Assembly (NCBI GenBank): GCA_977016875.1
Contig: CDRNST010000062.1
Location: forward strand, 4,216,001 to 4,280,000
Origin: Pavona decussata
Lineage: Eukaryota
Length of the DNA stretch: 64,000 nucleotides
Direction of reading: 5' to 3'
Position numbers and translations under genes: made by a program. The notes beneath the pieces are model-generated. The model was not told the origin of the DNA. It ran no database searches and saw nothing but the letters and a program-made list of their open reading frames with translations. Every line of letters begins with the position of its first letter. Position 1 is the stretch's first letter. This document shows, piece by piece, positions 1 to 13,100 of the stretch.

Positions 1-20
1 TCAATAAAAGGGATAAAAAA

Positions 21-63
21 TTATTGCCCCCGCAGGGTTTTGGCCTAGAGGCCAAAACCCGAG

Positions 64-96
<33 letters not shown>

Positions 97-510
97 TAAG
101 GAATTTCAAAATGTAAGAAAGTAAGTACTGTAAGTAAATTTGTTAGTATGCGAAAAAAATCTCGATTTGATCAAACTAGGCGCGCACGGTCGTCTCGGGT
201 AATATTTCAGCAAGCGCGAAAGGTGCTATCGGGTAGCTGTCATTCTGCAACCACGAGGTCTTCGAGCAGCGTTTGACGGTCTTGCGAGCAAGAGTTTGCG
301 TTTCGTCGTCCTCAAGCAGCATTTCGAGTTCTTTCTAGCAGTGTTTCAAGGTCTTGCAACCACGAGTTCGCATTTCGCCATCATTTAGCAGCATTTCAAC
401 CACGAGTTCGCGTTTTGCCATCTTCTAGCAGCGTGTCAAGGTCTTGCAACCACGAAGTCACGTCTCGCCATCTTCTGCATCTTTAGCAGCCTTTCAAACC
501 ACGAGTTCAC
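21..510 (+). mobile_element. Possible Helentron/DINE-1-like non-autonomous element end
   Basis: TTATT followed by a perfect 12-bp hairpin GGGTTTTGGCCT-AG-AGGCCAAAACCC (35-60), a GTAA-rich tract and degenerate ~50-bp tandem repeats (GCAACCACGAG...). Classification is inference. Confidence 0.4.
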
Positions 511-865
511 ATAATTATACATACAATACGTTGCTGTTTCACAAAACAAAACTGTATGACTGTAATAGATTTCAATGTCAAATTTACAGAGAAATATGCT
601 AACCAGTTACATGGATGTTAAATTCAATAAATATTCAAACGTTTCTTTTTTAACATTCGTATGCACAGTGATTTATATCCAGTAAGAACCATATACAGGT
701 GTTAAACAGATCTTGAAAAGCGATGGCAGGTCTAGTGAAAACTATTACTAGTTTTAAATTTTTTCAATAAAGCGCCAGGCAGCAGTACACATCACAGGTA
801 AGTTCAACACGTGGAAAAAATCTCGCCACTACGACAAAACCACGTGCAAAAATATTCGCAATCAT

Positions 866-1339
866 AAGGCTGGTTTCCATATGATCGCGTATCGCAGATC
901 GCAGATCGCAATAAGGTCTGCGATCGTCTGCGATCCTGCGATCGTGATCGCAGAAGATAGAACCATGTTCTATCTAAAGGCTGGTTTCCATATGATCGCG
1001 GATCGCAGATCGCAGATCGCAATAAGGTCTGCGATCGTCTGCGATCATATGGAAACTACTTCTGCGATCGTCTGCGATCCTGCGATCGTGATCGCAGACG
1101 ATCGCAGAAGATAGAACCATGTTCTATCTCCTGCGATCGTCTGCGATCAATTGCCATTGTTTGCGATCTGCGATCCGCGATCATATGGAAACCAGCCTTT
1201 AGATAGAACATGGTTCTATCTTCTGCGATCGTCTGCGATCACGATCGCAAGATCGCAGACGATCGCAGAAGTAGTTTCCATGTGATCGCAGACGATCGCA
1301 GACCTTATTGCGATTTGCGACCATATGGAAACCAGCCTA
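866..1339. mobile_element. Palindromic GATCGC-rich MITE with a same-family copy nested inside (977-1199, TA TSD)
   Basis: TIR AGGCTGGTTTCCATATGATCGC / GCGATCATATGGAAACCAGCCT on both outer and inner elements. Repeated at about 37405-37878. Confidence 0.8.
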
Positions 1340-1378
1340 TAGTCAATATCAGCCTTTGCTTATTTAAAAAACATTTGT

Positions 1379-1735
1379 CACGCCGCCACAAACGACACCA
1401 CACAGGCAAGGCTAGTGAACACGTGAAAATACTTCAGCCAGTTAAGGCAAAACCACACAGGCAAAAAATCTCACAATTCCAGACGCCGCCACAGGCAACA
1501 CCACACAGGCAATAAAAAAACCACACAGGAAAATACTGCCGCCACTTCAGGCAAAAAAACCACACAGGCAATTCACGCAATTTCCAACGCCGCCTCAGGC
1601 AACACCACACAGGCAAATTTTACCCTACAGGTAATACTGCCACCACTTCAGGCAAAAAACACACAGGAATTTAAGTAATTTCCAACGCCGCCCCAGGCAA
1701 TACGGCACATAAGCAAATTTTACCCCACAGGTAAG
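1379..1735. repeat. Degenerate minisatellite (CCACACAGGCAA / CGCCGCCAC units)
   Basis: Repeated motifs seen directly; also at about 37918-38274. Confidence 0.75.
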
Positions 1736-2102
1736 ACTAGCCGACTAGAAACTATCCCGCCAGACAGTCAAACAAATTCTAGATACCTTACTGTTCATGC
1801 AAAAATGAACAAGCACAACTTGGGGGATCTCGCCACTACATGCAAACTAAGAACAAACACGAGGAATTTAACTAGTCTGCGGCACAAAACGAGCTAAAGC
1901 TCCGAAAAGACTAAACGAAGGTGAGAACTTAACGTAACTCATCCTGAACTTGACCAGCGACAAGTTCTTTATTCCAGAATAAATGAATGAACTATTGAAC
2001 TATTATCAAGACAAGAAGTTCAATATTTTATATTTAATGCTTCAAATTTTCAATATTGACAGTCTACGTTTCTCGTTCATTCTTTAAGGGCCATCTCCAA
2101 CG

Positions 2103-4480
2103 GTGACCTTGTACTTCAACGACAAACAAGAGGTACCAATATTTGAATCGGGAAGAAAACAACGCTACCACACGAAACAAGCAGTGGATATACTATTAAG
2201 ACAAGCCCCTCTTACCGAAATGTGTACAACACAACCTTTGGGCGTTCGCCAAAACATGTCCTTCCTTGTCAACGTCAGCAAGCTAAATAACTGGAGAGAT
2301 GTCAAAGCAGACAGAAACGGAGTTTATGACCGTGTGTTACGATGTGGTGTTTGGACAGTGTCTTGTGATGTAAGCGAAAATGATACCAGTCTTGAAATCC
2401 TCGCCAGGAAGAAAGACAATTTAGGGAGTGACAGTCAGTACCACATAACAATTAATTCCAAACGAAACAAGGCATCACCAACACTTGTTCGTTCAATGTT
2501 TCTCCTGACCAACAAGAGTGGGAAAATTGTCAATGATGCTTGCCTGCTACAATATCATATTATCGCATCGGGAGCGCGAGAAGACACCGTAGAAGTCCAA
2601 GTTCTACCCCACGGAAACCGAAAAGAAGGCCAATCGCGCCCCTTTCACCCAACAGCAAAAAGTACCATGGAGAAAATACACCAGGGCCTTTCCGATAGTG
2701 GCAGTATTGCCAAGGTGTATCGCGGTATCATGAAAGCTACTGGAGGTCCGACTCACGCTTCCAATCCAAGTGTTCTTCCTAGAGGAAAGAAGCAAGTAAG
2801 CGATGTAAAGTTTGCAAGAAACAGTGCAGACGATCCAGTCAAGGACCTGCTAGTTTATGCAAGACACAAAGAAAATTCTCCTGTCCTGCATCATTGTGAT
2901 GTCCCGACTGATGCATGGGTTTTAGGAACCGAAGTGATGTGTTCAGATATCTCTCGTTTCACGACTTCTGAAAAGCTGAGCTACCCCCTGTCCATTGATC
3001 CAACCTTCAATATGGGCCCCTTTGGAGTTACCCCGGTTGTATACAAGCACCTATTTCTAAAATCCAGGCGGAACGGCGAAAATCCAATTTTTTTAGGACC
3101 TACTATGTTGCACCATCGAAAGACCGTAGAGAATTACCGAATTCACTCGTCAGTGTGTGCGACCAACATCAAGAATCTGAATCAGGCCAAGGGGTTTCAT
3201 GACTGACGGAGAAGAAGCATTGATTCATGCCTGGCCCGGGCCTGGCCCCAGTTGTTCAAAGGCCGGATAACTTTATCCTCTGGATAAGGTACTATTCGGG
3301 GTCTAAAATTTACTTCACGTTAAACGTTGTCCAAGGTTTTCGCACACTCCTAAACTAGACTGTGGTTAGAGTGGGCATATTTGCTTGTACACGATGAAAT
3401 ACCGAAATCTTTGCACAGATTGAAACTGTCGGATAGTGACTTATCCACCGGATAAAGTTATCCGGCCTTTGAACAACTGCGGCCTGGAGTGCAGACATGC
3501 CTAAGGCAAAACACCTACGCTGCTTCAAACACTTTGAGGGTAATTGTAAAGAGAAACTAAGGAAGATAGGTATCTGCAGCGCAAAAGACCAGAAAAAGTT
3601 TCTCAACAAGGTGTTTGGAGTCTACGGAAAGGAAGAAGTGATCCTAGATGCAGAGGATAAAAAAGACCCTAAGAGACGACTGTACGTATGCGTCGAAGGA
3701 AGAGCTAGAAAGAGAGGAAAGAGAAGTGCTTGGGTAGGACAGCACATACCAATGCAAGTTCTGGACATACCTCGAATCAAACTACGAGATGATGAAGAAA
3801 AACATGGTTGCAAAGGTTCGACGCCAGGGTGGGTTGAAAGACGGTCCTGATGGCAAACCAATCAGATCGTACACAAACCCTTCAGAATCCATGAATCACG
3901 TAATGTCTGCAGCGAAGAAGGATGTTGTTTCAAGTAAAAACGAGAAAGAATATGGTTTGACCAAGCTTGAATTCACCACTTCCGTGTTCGAAGAAATTTA
4001 CCAGAGCCAGCAAGATGAATTACGTTTGGCCATCGCTGGAATAAGCGAAGAGTACGAACTTTCGGAGTTAGTGTCTCACCTTGAGGTCTCGATAGACACG
4101 TGGTTTCGCTGGTCAACCGAAGAAAGGGAGAAGTACGTCGCGGACATGAATAAATTGTCAGTGGAAGACGCACTGGGTAGGAAATCCATTCGTGAACCTG
4201 ATATAACAAAACAGCCACCAGCGAAAGAATCCACCGAGTTGTCCATAGATGTAGCCCAATTTCTGAAGCAAAATATGGGATACAAGTTGGTCACAGCAAA
4301 GGCATGTCGCGGAAAACGCCCGACTTTTAGTAAACCACCCACTTGCCATCCAGGAGCGACCAACCTTGCAACCTTCTTTATTTTTATTTTTATTTTATTT
4401 TTTTTTTTTTCTTTTTAATTTTCGAGGACTCTTTTGTAAATCACTTATTAGTGAAATTGATTTCCTCAATAAAGATTATT

Positions 4481-4511
<31 letters not shown>

Positions 4512-5188
4512 TTATTATTAAATTTGAAGTCGCTGCAATACGCGCCAAGAACGGTAGAGTACAGTGTACCGTTGACACAAATTTCGTGTCGTGCAATTGT
4601 CCCAGCTACAAATTTGACAATATTTGCAAGCATTCCATTGCTGTCGCTCAGCTAAAAGGGTGCCTAGAAATGCACTTAAAATATGTTCACAACAAATCAA
4701 GGGCAAGGTTCCCCTAAACCGCTCTGGCAGAAGCCAATGTGGACAAACAGCGCACAGGGAAGAAAGTTTCGCCCCTTGAAACAACAAAGCGCACCAACTG
4801 AAGTTCCCTAAGGAAGCAGCAATGGTGTCTATACAGAATCACACCTCAACGACAATCCTTTCCTCACAATCCAATCCTTCCTGAAGAGGCAAAGAAGTGC
4901 AAAAGCTGCAATGTGGACTTCTGTCACTGCCAAAGACACCTCCCGTTTGATTTGGTTCTGGAGCACAAAGAAAGGTGGTATTTTCCCGTAAATGGGGATT
5001 GGAAAAACAAAGTTCCGTCAAACAAAGAAGGATCAAGATTTTATCACGCCAACCGTCAGAAATGTCTCAAACCCAGGTTTTCATACATCTCGTCGCATTA
5101 TATACACATTCCAGAGGAAACGCTCCCAAAGCTGCACGAATCACACAAGGAACTTCTCAGGCGGGAGTTTCAAATGGACATATCATAG
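2103..5188 (+). pseudogene. MULE/MuDR-family transposase pseudogene with SWIM finger
   Basis: Motifs SIDPTFN, (M)TDGEEALIHAW...HLRCFKHF (CxxH), TNPSES and SWIM CNCPSYKFDNICKHS. Broken by frameshifts (e.g. ~3195), a MITE (3245-3483) and a T/ATT-rich insert (~4375-4520). Confidence 0.85.
3245..3483. mobile_element. PIF/Harbinger-like MITE inserted in the transposase
   Basis: TIR GCCCCAGTTGTTCAAAGGCCGGATAA with CTG TSD. Removing it and the adjacent 3234-3241 remnant restores ALIHAWSADMPK. Duplicated at 39784-40022; same family at 59198-59883. Confidence 0.85.
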
Positions 5189-7116
5189 AGATTGAGAATT
5201 GATAAACAAAGGAGTAGCAAATAAGCTCTATTTTATGCCTCAACGGATGAACACTGAGAAATCGGACAAGGCATTTCGCCAATGTAATTCATTAATTTAA
5301 CTTTAATGACAAGGCATTATGGACCCCTTGTCCTTTGGGCCTATATATGAAACATTGTTTGTATCTCACTGTTCCTCTCGTCACTGAAATTCACGATGAA
5401 TACTTTAAGGAAAACCTGAGGACTAATAGTTTTAAGTGTGTGAGCTTCATCGGCGTCTTTTTCACCATGATTTAATTAAGAGCTGTTCAACAGTTAAAGG
5501 CGGACATTTCGCCAGATTAGACCTTCACTTTGTAGTGCTTGGAGAGTTTCATGTTCTTGTTGCGTTTGTTGTTGTTGTTTCCTAAGTTTGTCACAGTAGT
5601 GAAGAACTGTCGATTTTGTGCGAATGGTACTTTTCAAAGCCACTGTTTAAATCTACTAGTAACTTTAATTGAATCTAACTATTGTATGTTGCACGTTCCA
5701 GTTTTTGGCATTCAGTGAGGCGCTTTCCATAAGTCTAGATGGATGTCATCGTCTCATTAGAAAGAGGTGAACAAAGGGTCACAACCTCCCGAATGTGTCA
5801 AATTTTTCCGTTTCAACTGGTTTGAACGGAGATCGCTGAAAGCGCCCCATTTGAAAATCATATGCATGTTAATGTTATTTTTGAAATTTAAGAATAATAT
5901 CAAATCTAAGGTAGTTTTGTTAGCAAAGGTTAATCATAATTTTACATTTTATATTACAGATAAAACTAAGTCTTGATTGTCAGCGATTTCGTACCTTATA
6001 TTAAACGAATCTGTTTATGTTTCTAGTTTGTACACTCTTGGCTTGCCTAATTACAACTTGTGTTGTAATTATTCCAAAAGTACATTGCTCGTGTATTCGA
6101 CCGTGTTGGATACAGTTGAGCTACGTGCATACCACAGCACAGACCGAATTGTTATACATTTTATGATCTTTTTGACATAAACTCAATGTTTCAGCCTGAG
6201 GTATGTTCTTAACATATTCTTAACTTTTAGTCCCTTTTTAGCCTCAACGTTCTCATAAAAGAAAAAGAGTGTTACTTCAATGAAGGATTAAATTTTCTTT
6301 TTAATTAGAATTTACCTTCTGAGGTATTTTCTCAGGGATGCGCGTTTTTCACCAATGGGACACCTTCCATGATGGTAGCATTACGATTTCTAAGGGGGGA
6401 AAAACCGCACTAAGAGACTTCTTTAACACAACTGTCTCGGCGGCGGGTTGGCCTGGTAACTTAGAATCGGCGGTAAAAACCTCGTGAATATCGTAAAGTG
6501 ACATTCTGATTTCGAAAAAAAACACACACCGGGCAATTTCAATGGATTCGACATGGACATATCGAGCAGACAGGACGACGTGTGCAGGGAAACAATTGGA
6601 AATTCGCACTACTAAACTACCTGAATTAATGTGGGTAACTTTCGTGAGTTCTAATTGGTCCATGGTTTCCAAAGTAATCGTTAACCAATGGAATCTCACG
6701 AAATTTACCAAATAGAAATTTTTGTATATCGAACACAAGTATTGTCAACCCACTCCTTCCCCTCCCAGGATTTGTAATGATACCTAATTTCCCCTAAATC
6801 GCAGTTTAATACAAATGCCGTCTTGTGTATGTCAATACTGACAAAGGCACACAGGCACTTGACAGAATTTGTTTTTAGGTCTTCCGCTAAACTCCACCGA
6901 GCTGAGGCGAAAGGGTCTTCGTTTTCGATGAGGGGGTCTTCGTTTTCGATCAGGGGGTCTTAGGTCTTCGGTCTTCGGCCCTCTCGCGCTTCCTCGCCCA
7001 AGATGACAGCAACGAAGGATTATTCAGCGCTCCCGCTCCAAAAATACGCCTGCATTGCAGGCTAACCGCCATGAGACTTGGTGATATGTGCGGTATATAA
7101 GAATTCATTCATTCAT

Positions 7117-10100
7117 TCATTCATTGAAATCCAAAAAGAAAGAAAAGAAAGAAAATCCAAACCTACAAACCACAAACCTACTACGGGCTGAACTCTGAAG
7201 TACTGGGTTCAAATATGAAATCAACTGGTCCACATACGAGCTACTCTTGGGGCTGAGAATGCTGGATGTAGAGAGGCCACCTAAACGAAAGAAAAATTTT
7301 AAGGAGCAGGTTAAGTAGCAGTCTTGTCTCTAGCCGGGAATTTAAGATGATGGATTCGAAATTGTCGTTCAACGCTCTCTAATTTCAAAATAAGAACATT
7401 ATTATCCTGTAGCTATACATATTTGACCCTGAAGAGGATGTTTTGTTGCGGGCATGAAAACAGGCAGTGGTAACTCACGACCTTCAGGTAGGTGGGTGGC
7501 CCACTCTCAAACGCTGGACTTCCTTCTCTTTGTGAAACAAAATATCTCGGAGCCTCGACTCTACGGGCCTCGGTTTGGTGTAAAAAAAATAAGATGGGGA
7601 GGGGGTGGGGAGAGGAACCTTCCTTTGATCCACCAGCGAAAGGGATAGATGGTTTGAACAAAAAGCCTGTTATTGCGGGGAGACAATATCTAGTAAAGTG
7701 CAGTTTCGGGTGCATTTAACATGTCATGATGATATGCCTTTCTGTAAATTGGTTAATGACATGTTATTTGCACTATTTACTTGACCACAGCATCAGCCGA
7801 TCACCGCGATTAAGAGGAAAACTCACGTTTATACACGCAGTAGTGTCCGTTTCCATGATAGTTTGACTGACAAGCACAGCTGTAAGACCCCACGGTGTTT
7901 GTGCAAACGGCGTTCGCGTGACAATTGTGCGAGCCACTTGTACATTCATTGACATCTGAAAATTTTGTTACATCGAAACAAAACTACTCAATGTCATGTT
8001 TGAATGTTTATCACATCATAACACAACTCATTATCTGATACCAGTACAAGACACTGCACTGAAACGCATGCGCTAGAGGATTTCCACGCATGCGCATAGC
8101 TCATTACCCTCAAATATCCTAATGTGAATAATTGTACAGCTGCCTTGTTACTTAATTGCATAAATGCATATTTGTTAACTTGGTCCACGCAGCAGTGATT
8201 AAATTTTTTCTTAGGTAATCCTCGTTTTCAGTTTCACTATAGTTATCTGTAAATACCGTTGAGTAATATTGTGTGATTGCAAAAATGCGCATTTTCGTAT
8301 GCAACTGTACTGAACAAAGTTGTTTTCTTAAATCGTTTTAAAATATGTTCATTAGATTAGAACAGTTTTGAATTGATCATGAGGGTGGAAAGTTAGTTCG
8401 CTTTTGTTATGGTTTTGCTTTACGGAGATCTTTGATTGGTTAGCAAAACTCGCGCTACCTTCTCAACAGATGAGAAGAAAAACCACCATTAACCAATCGC
8501 GACTTGTCCGTACTCGTTTTACCGTGTTTAACACCATTATAGTTACATGTATTTACTTTGAGTTCCGATTGGTTTATTGTATTTTTTTTTTATTTAAACA
8601 TATTTTATTGTCAAAGTTTGCCCCAAGAGAAAAAAAACTCATCGAGAGGGCTCATTAACGCCTGTAGTGATTACTTCACGATACTCAATGAAAAAAACTG
8701 CTCTATTATACCATTTACATCGTCGTCATCATCACCATCATCATCATCATCATCATCATCATTATTATTTCTACATGTACGAAAAGTCGTACCATTACAT
8801 CAAATAGTATCCTATGAGCTGTTACCACAAGCAAAAGAACTCTTCCATTTCTTACCGCTGCAAGTTTTTCCATTTCCAGTAAAACCGGGTTTGCACGTAC
8901 AAACATAGGAACCGATATTGTTAACACAATTGGCTTTGGCGTGACAAACTGCAGGAGAAGCGCTACATTCATCAATGTCTGAGGAAAAACAATAGTAAAA
9001 GACACTGAGTTAGTTCTATACACACACACACACACACACACAAAAAAAAATTTGCTAGGCTTTTTGAAACCGTATATGCTGACAGAAAACATCACGATTT
9101 TAGTTGGTGAACCTGTTACATGTTTTTTCTTTTCTCTTATAGTCTGTTTACAGCATTTCGTTCGTTTAACCTCATAGAAGAATAAAAGTAACTTTCTCTT
9201 GTTGATTAAGATACAGTCCATTATTAGTAGTAATAAATGAGCTACGATCGCAGTTAAGAACGAAAATCAGTGACTGTGATTGTCTCATTTATTTATTCTT
9301 TTATCCACTGTTCAAATATATGAACTGCATACACTCCACTTCCATCCCGGAGGTATGATAGGAATTCACAAAATGACCAGCTTCCAGTTGGCTTGATAGC
9401 TCAGTTGGTAGAGATGATGTATCGTTATCACAGGGGCCATGGGTTCGAATCCCTTTTAACCCTGAAGTTTAAGAGGTTGTCGTATTTAAGTTGCTTAAGT
9501 TGGGTATACAACTTCGATGGTCGTTCACTTCTCAATTCGTTCATTCACAGTTCAACTTGTATATGACTTTCATAGTCATGGAAGCCTATTACTCAGATTG
9601 CTCAGCTAACATAAATGCATTATTTTTGAGTTCCGTTTTCATTGTCCGCCCAATTTCAAGAATGGAAACGATTGAATGCGAGGTCTCCTGAGTGGAATTT
9701 ACTGAAAATGCATTCATTTGCAATACGAAAACAACTTTTAAAATGCCGTTATTTGAAGCATGGTTAATGTAAAGGCTGAAGAATTTTACTTCTCTTGTGT
9801 CCCGACCGCTGGTCAATAGGAACGAAGACTTTGGGTACGAGATTGGCATCGACACTTGCATCCTTTTCTTGTTACGTGGACTACTTGACAACGATGATTC
9901 GTTTCGTCAAGGCCTGCTGAACGTGATCAAAATGGCTGTGCGATGCAAGGTATAACGCTATCCAGCGGATAAAATGTACTTCAACCAATACATTTTATCA
10001 GCTGGATAAAGTTATCTACTCTTTGAACATGTGGGGCCTAGCCGATAAATCGGTGGTACGTGTAAATTAGTCTTAAGACAACATTTTGTCCTCTTATTGA

Positions 10101-13100
10101 CCAAGACTGTTTTACTAGTAAAATTGGCTTTGACATTTACTGTGCACTGAAAAGAAACTGCCTCTGCGTGGAAACAGGTTAATCTCTTTAAATTTAAATG
10201 GGAGAAAAAGAAACATGGAAATAGCTTAGTACTTTTATCAAAAATTCCGCGTAAGTTTTCCATTCGGCCACGATCGCGATTTTTAACTTGTTTCAGGAAT
10301 TGGCATAGCTTAGAATGATGCAAACAAGAGATGAGATGGAAGAAATATGCAAGGCAATGAGTCTCCACGTTTTTCATGTTACAAGCCATCAAGTCTTTTC
10401 TGGTCACCCATGGCCAGGCACTTTTTAATAGCTCCAATGCACTAGCATACTAACTTGTAGGAAAACCGGTTTATTATATTTAGGTTTCCTTGGTGTAAGC
10501 GTGACTTTTCGTTTTTCGATGTATTACAAAAAATAGCTGACACGTTCCCTTGAATTAAAAACCACTCTAGAATGGTTTTCAATCAATTGTCTTAACACCA
10601 ATCACAGCAAATGTAAACAGCACAATTAACCAATCAGAATTCGAACCGAATGATACATCTATCCGCGTTAAGTGCGGGAAAACGAGTACGAGCAGGTCAC
10701 AAATTGTTTGGTTTTGCTTCTTATTGGTTGAAAAAGTGGTGCAAACTTTGCCAACCAATCAAAAAGCGCAGTAAAACAAAACAAAAGCAAACGCGAAATT
10801 ACTTTCGAAACTCAATTTGAAAGCTTCTCTGCAGCATCTTAATGCACCAAATTTAATCCAACCAAACACAAATTAAAGTAGACAATGTTCAGTCTGGATG
10901 GAAGCAACCTAACAATTACCACAAGGAAAAGAAATCATCTATTCCTCACCGCTGCAAGTTTTTCCATTTCCATTAAAACCGGGTTTGCAAGTGCAAACAT
11001 AGGAACCAACGTTGTTACTACAGCTGGCTTTAGCGTGACAAACTGCAGGAGAAGCGCTACACTCATCAATGTCTGAGGAAATACAATAGTAACAGAAACT
11101 GAGTTAGTCTTTAGGTTCCTACACAAGAAACAAAGAAACAAATTCGCTAGGCTTTTTTGAAACTATATGCTGACAGAAAACACATGACGAATTTGGGGAC
11201 CTGTTACATGTGTTTTCTTTTCTCTTATAGTCTGTTTAAAGGATTTCATTCTTTTAACCTCATAGAAGAATGAAAGTAACTTTTTCTTGTTGATTATGAC
11301 ACAGTCCATTATTAGTAGTAATAAACGAGCGACGATCGCAATTAAGAACGAAAATCAGTAACTGCGATTGTCTCATTTATTCATTATTTTATCCACAGTT
11401 CAAATATATGAGCCGCATAGACTCCACTTCCATCCGGCTTCATTTCAATAGGTGTGATAGAAATTCACAAAATGACCAGCTCCCAGTTGGCTTGATAGCT
11501 CAGTTGGTAGAGATGGTTTATCGTTTATACAGAGGTCATGGGTTCGAATGCTTTTCAACCCTGAAGTTTAAGAGGTTGTCGTAATTTAGTTGCTTAAGTT
11601 GGGTATACAACTTCGATGGTCATTCACTTCTCAATTCTTTCAGTCACAGTTCAACTTGTATATGACTTTCATAATCACAGAAGCCTATTGCTCAGCTCAC
11701 ATAAATGCATTATTTTTGAGTTCCGTTTTCAGTGTCCGCCCAATTTCGAAAATGGAAACGATTTAAACCGAGGTCTCCTGAGAGAAATGTACTGAAAATG
11801 CATTCATTTGCAATAAGAAAACAACTTTTAAAATGCCGTTATTTGAAGCATGGTTAATGTCAATGCTGAAGAATTTCACTTCTCTTGTTCCCCGATTGGT
11901 GGTCAAGGGGAACGAAGATACGAGATTGGCATCGACAAGTGCATCCTTTTCTTGTTATGTGGACTACTTGACAACGATGATTCGTTTAGTCAAGGCCTTC
12001 TCTGTACGTGATATAAATGGCTGTGTGACGCAATTTTGAATCCAAAGGCATGATTTCATCACCTCGTTGTTATTGCCTTTACAAAAACATACGCAGGTGC
12101 AAATGCATGATGGGTAAGGTACAGAGAAAGGTGGCGGCTTTTACCACAACACCTTGCGAGCCGATCACGGCCAATAGTCTGCCCCCTGTACCAACAAGAT
12201 TGTGTATGCTAGGTTTGAAGATTTTGGAACTTGTCTGTGCGTTTTTATGAGTTTTATAAGGTTTTCAAAAACGAGGAATTATGGGTAAATATATCAGCTG
12301 CCATTTTTTTTGGTTACAGTGGGATTATCATTACCTACGTTCAACTGTACTTTCTGTGCCTCACGCTACACGCTTCAAGTCCGGCTCCCTGCGTTTTGCC
12401 CTGTCTTCATTCGCGAACTCTTTATTTATTTATTTATTTATTTATTTATTTGCACTCACTCTACCCACCCAACAGCCCAGCTATCCTAAACAGATATATT
12501 TATTAGATTAAAACAGTTTTGAATTGATCTTGAGCGTCGAAAGTTATTTCGCTTTTGTTATGGTTTAGCTTTACAGAGATTTGTGATTGGTTAACAAAAC
12601 TCGCGCTACTTTCTCAACAAATGAGTAGCAAAACCAACATTAACCAATTGCGACTTGCCCGTATTAACGCGCTTAACACCACTATAGTTACATGTATTTA
12701 CTTTGAGTTCCGATTGGTTTATTGTATTTGTATTTATCATCATCATCATTTATACATCTACGCAAAGTCGTGCCATTACATCAAATGATTATCCTATGAG
12801 CTGTTACCACAAGCAATAGAAATCTTTCATTTCTTACCGCTGCAAGTTTTTCCATTTCCAGTAAAACCGGGTTTGCACGTACAAACGTAGGAACCGATAT
12901 TGTTAACACAATTGGCTTTGGCGTGACAAACTGCAGGAGAAGCGCTACATTCGTCAATGTCTGAGGAAAAACAATAGTAATAGAAACTGACTTAGTCTTT
13001 AGGTTCCTGCACAATAAGCAAAAAACAGATTTGCTAGGCTTTTTGGAAACTATGTGCTGACAGAAACATCATGATTTCAGTTGGCGAACCTGTTACATGT

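Larger units (their letters stand above)
1..7161 (+). repeat. Near-identical direct duplication, copy 1 (left end outside window)
   Basis: Aligns to 36540-43718 with only scattered substitutions and small indels (offset 36539 rising to 36557). Both copies end ...AAAGAAAATCCAAA. Confidence 0.97.

Noticed and set aside
804-1616. ORFs with SAIVCD repeats (also 37343-38054)
   Set aside because: Translations of a palindromic MITE and a minisatellite.
2103-5188. Active autonomous transposon explaining the twin blocks
   Set aside because: Both copies carry the same frameshifts and insertions, and no paired TIRs or TSD were found.
6349-6738. 129-aa ORF identical in both blocks (42906-43295)
   Set aside because: Identity reflects the recent duplication; non-ATG start and no recognisable motif.
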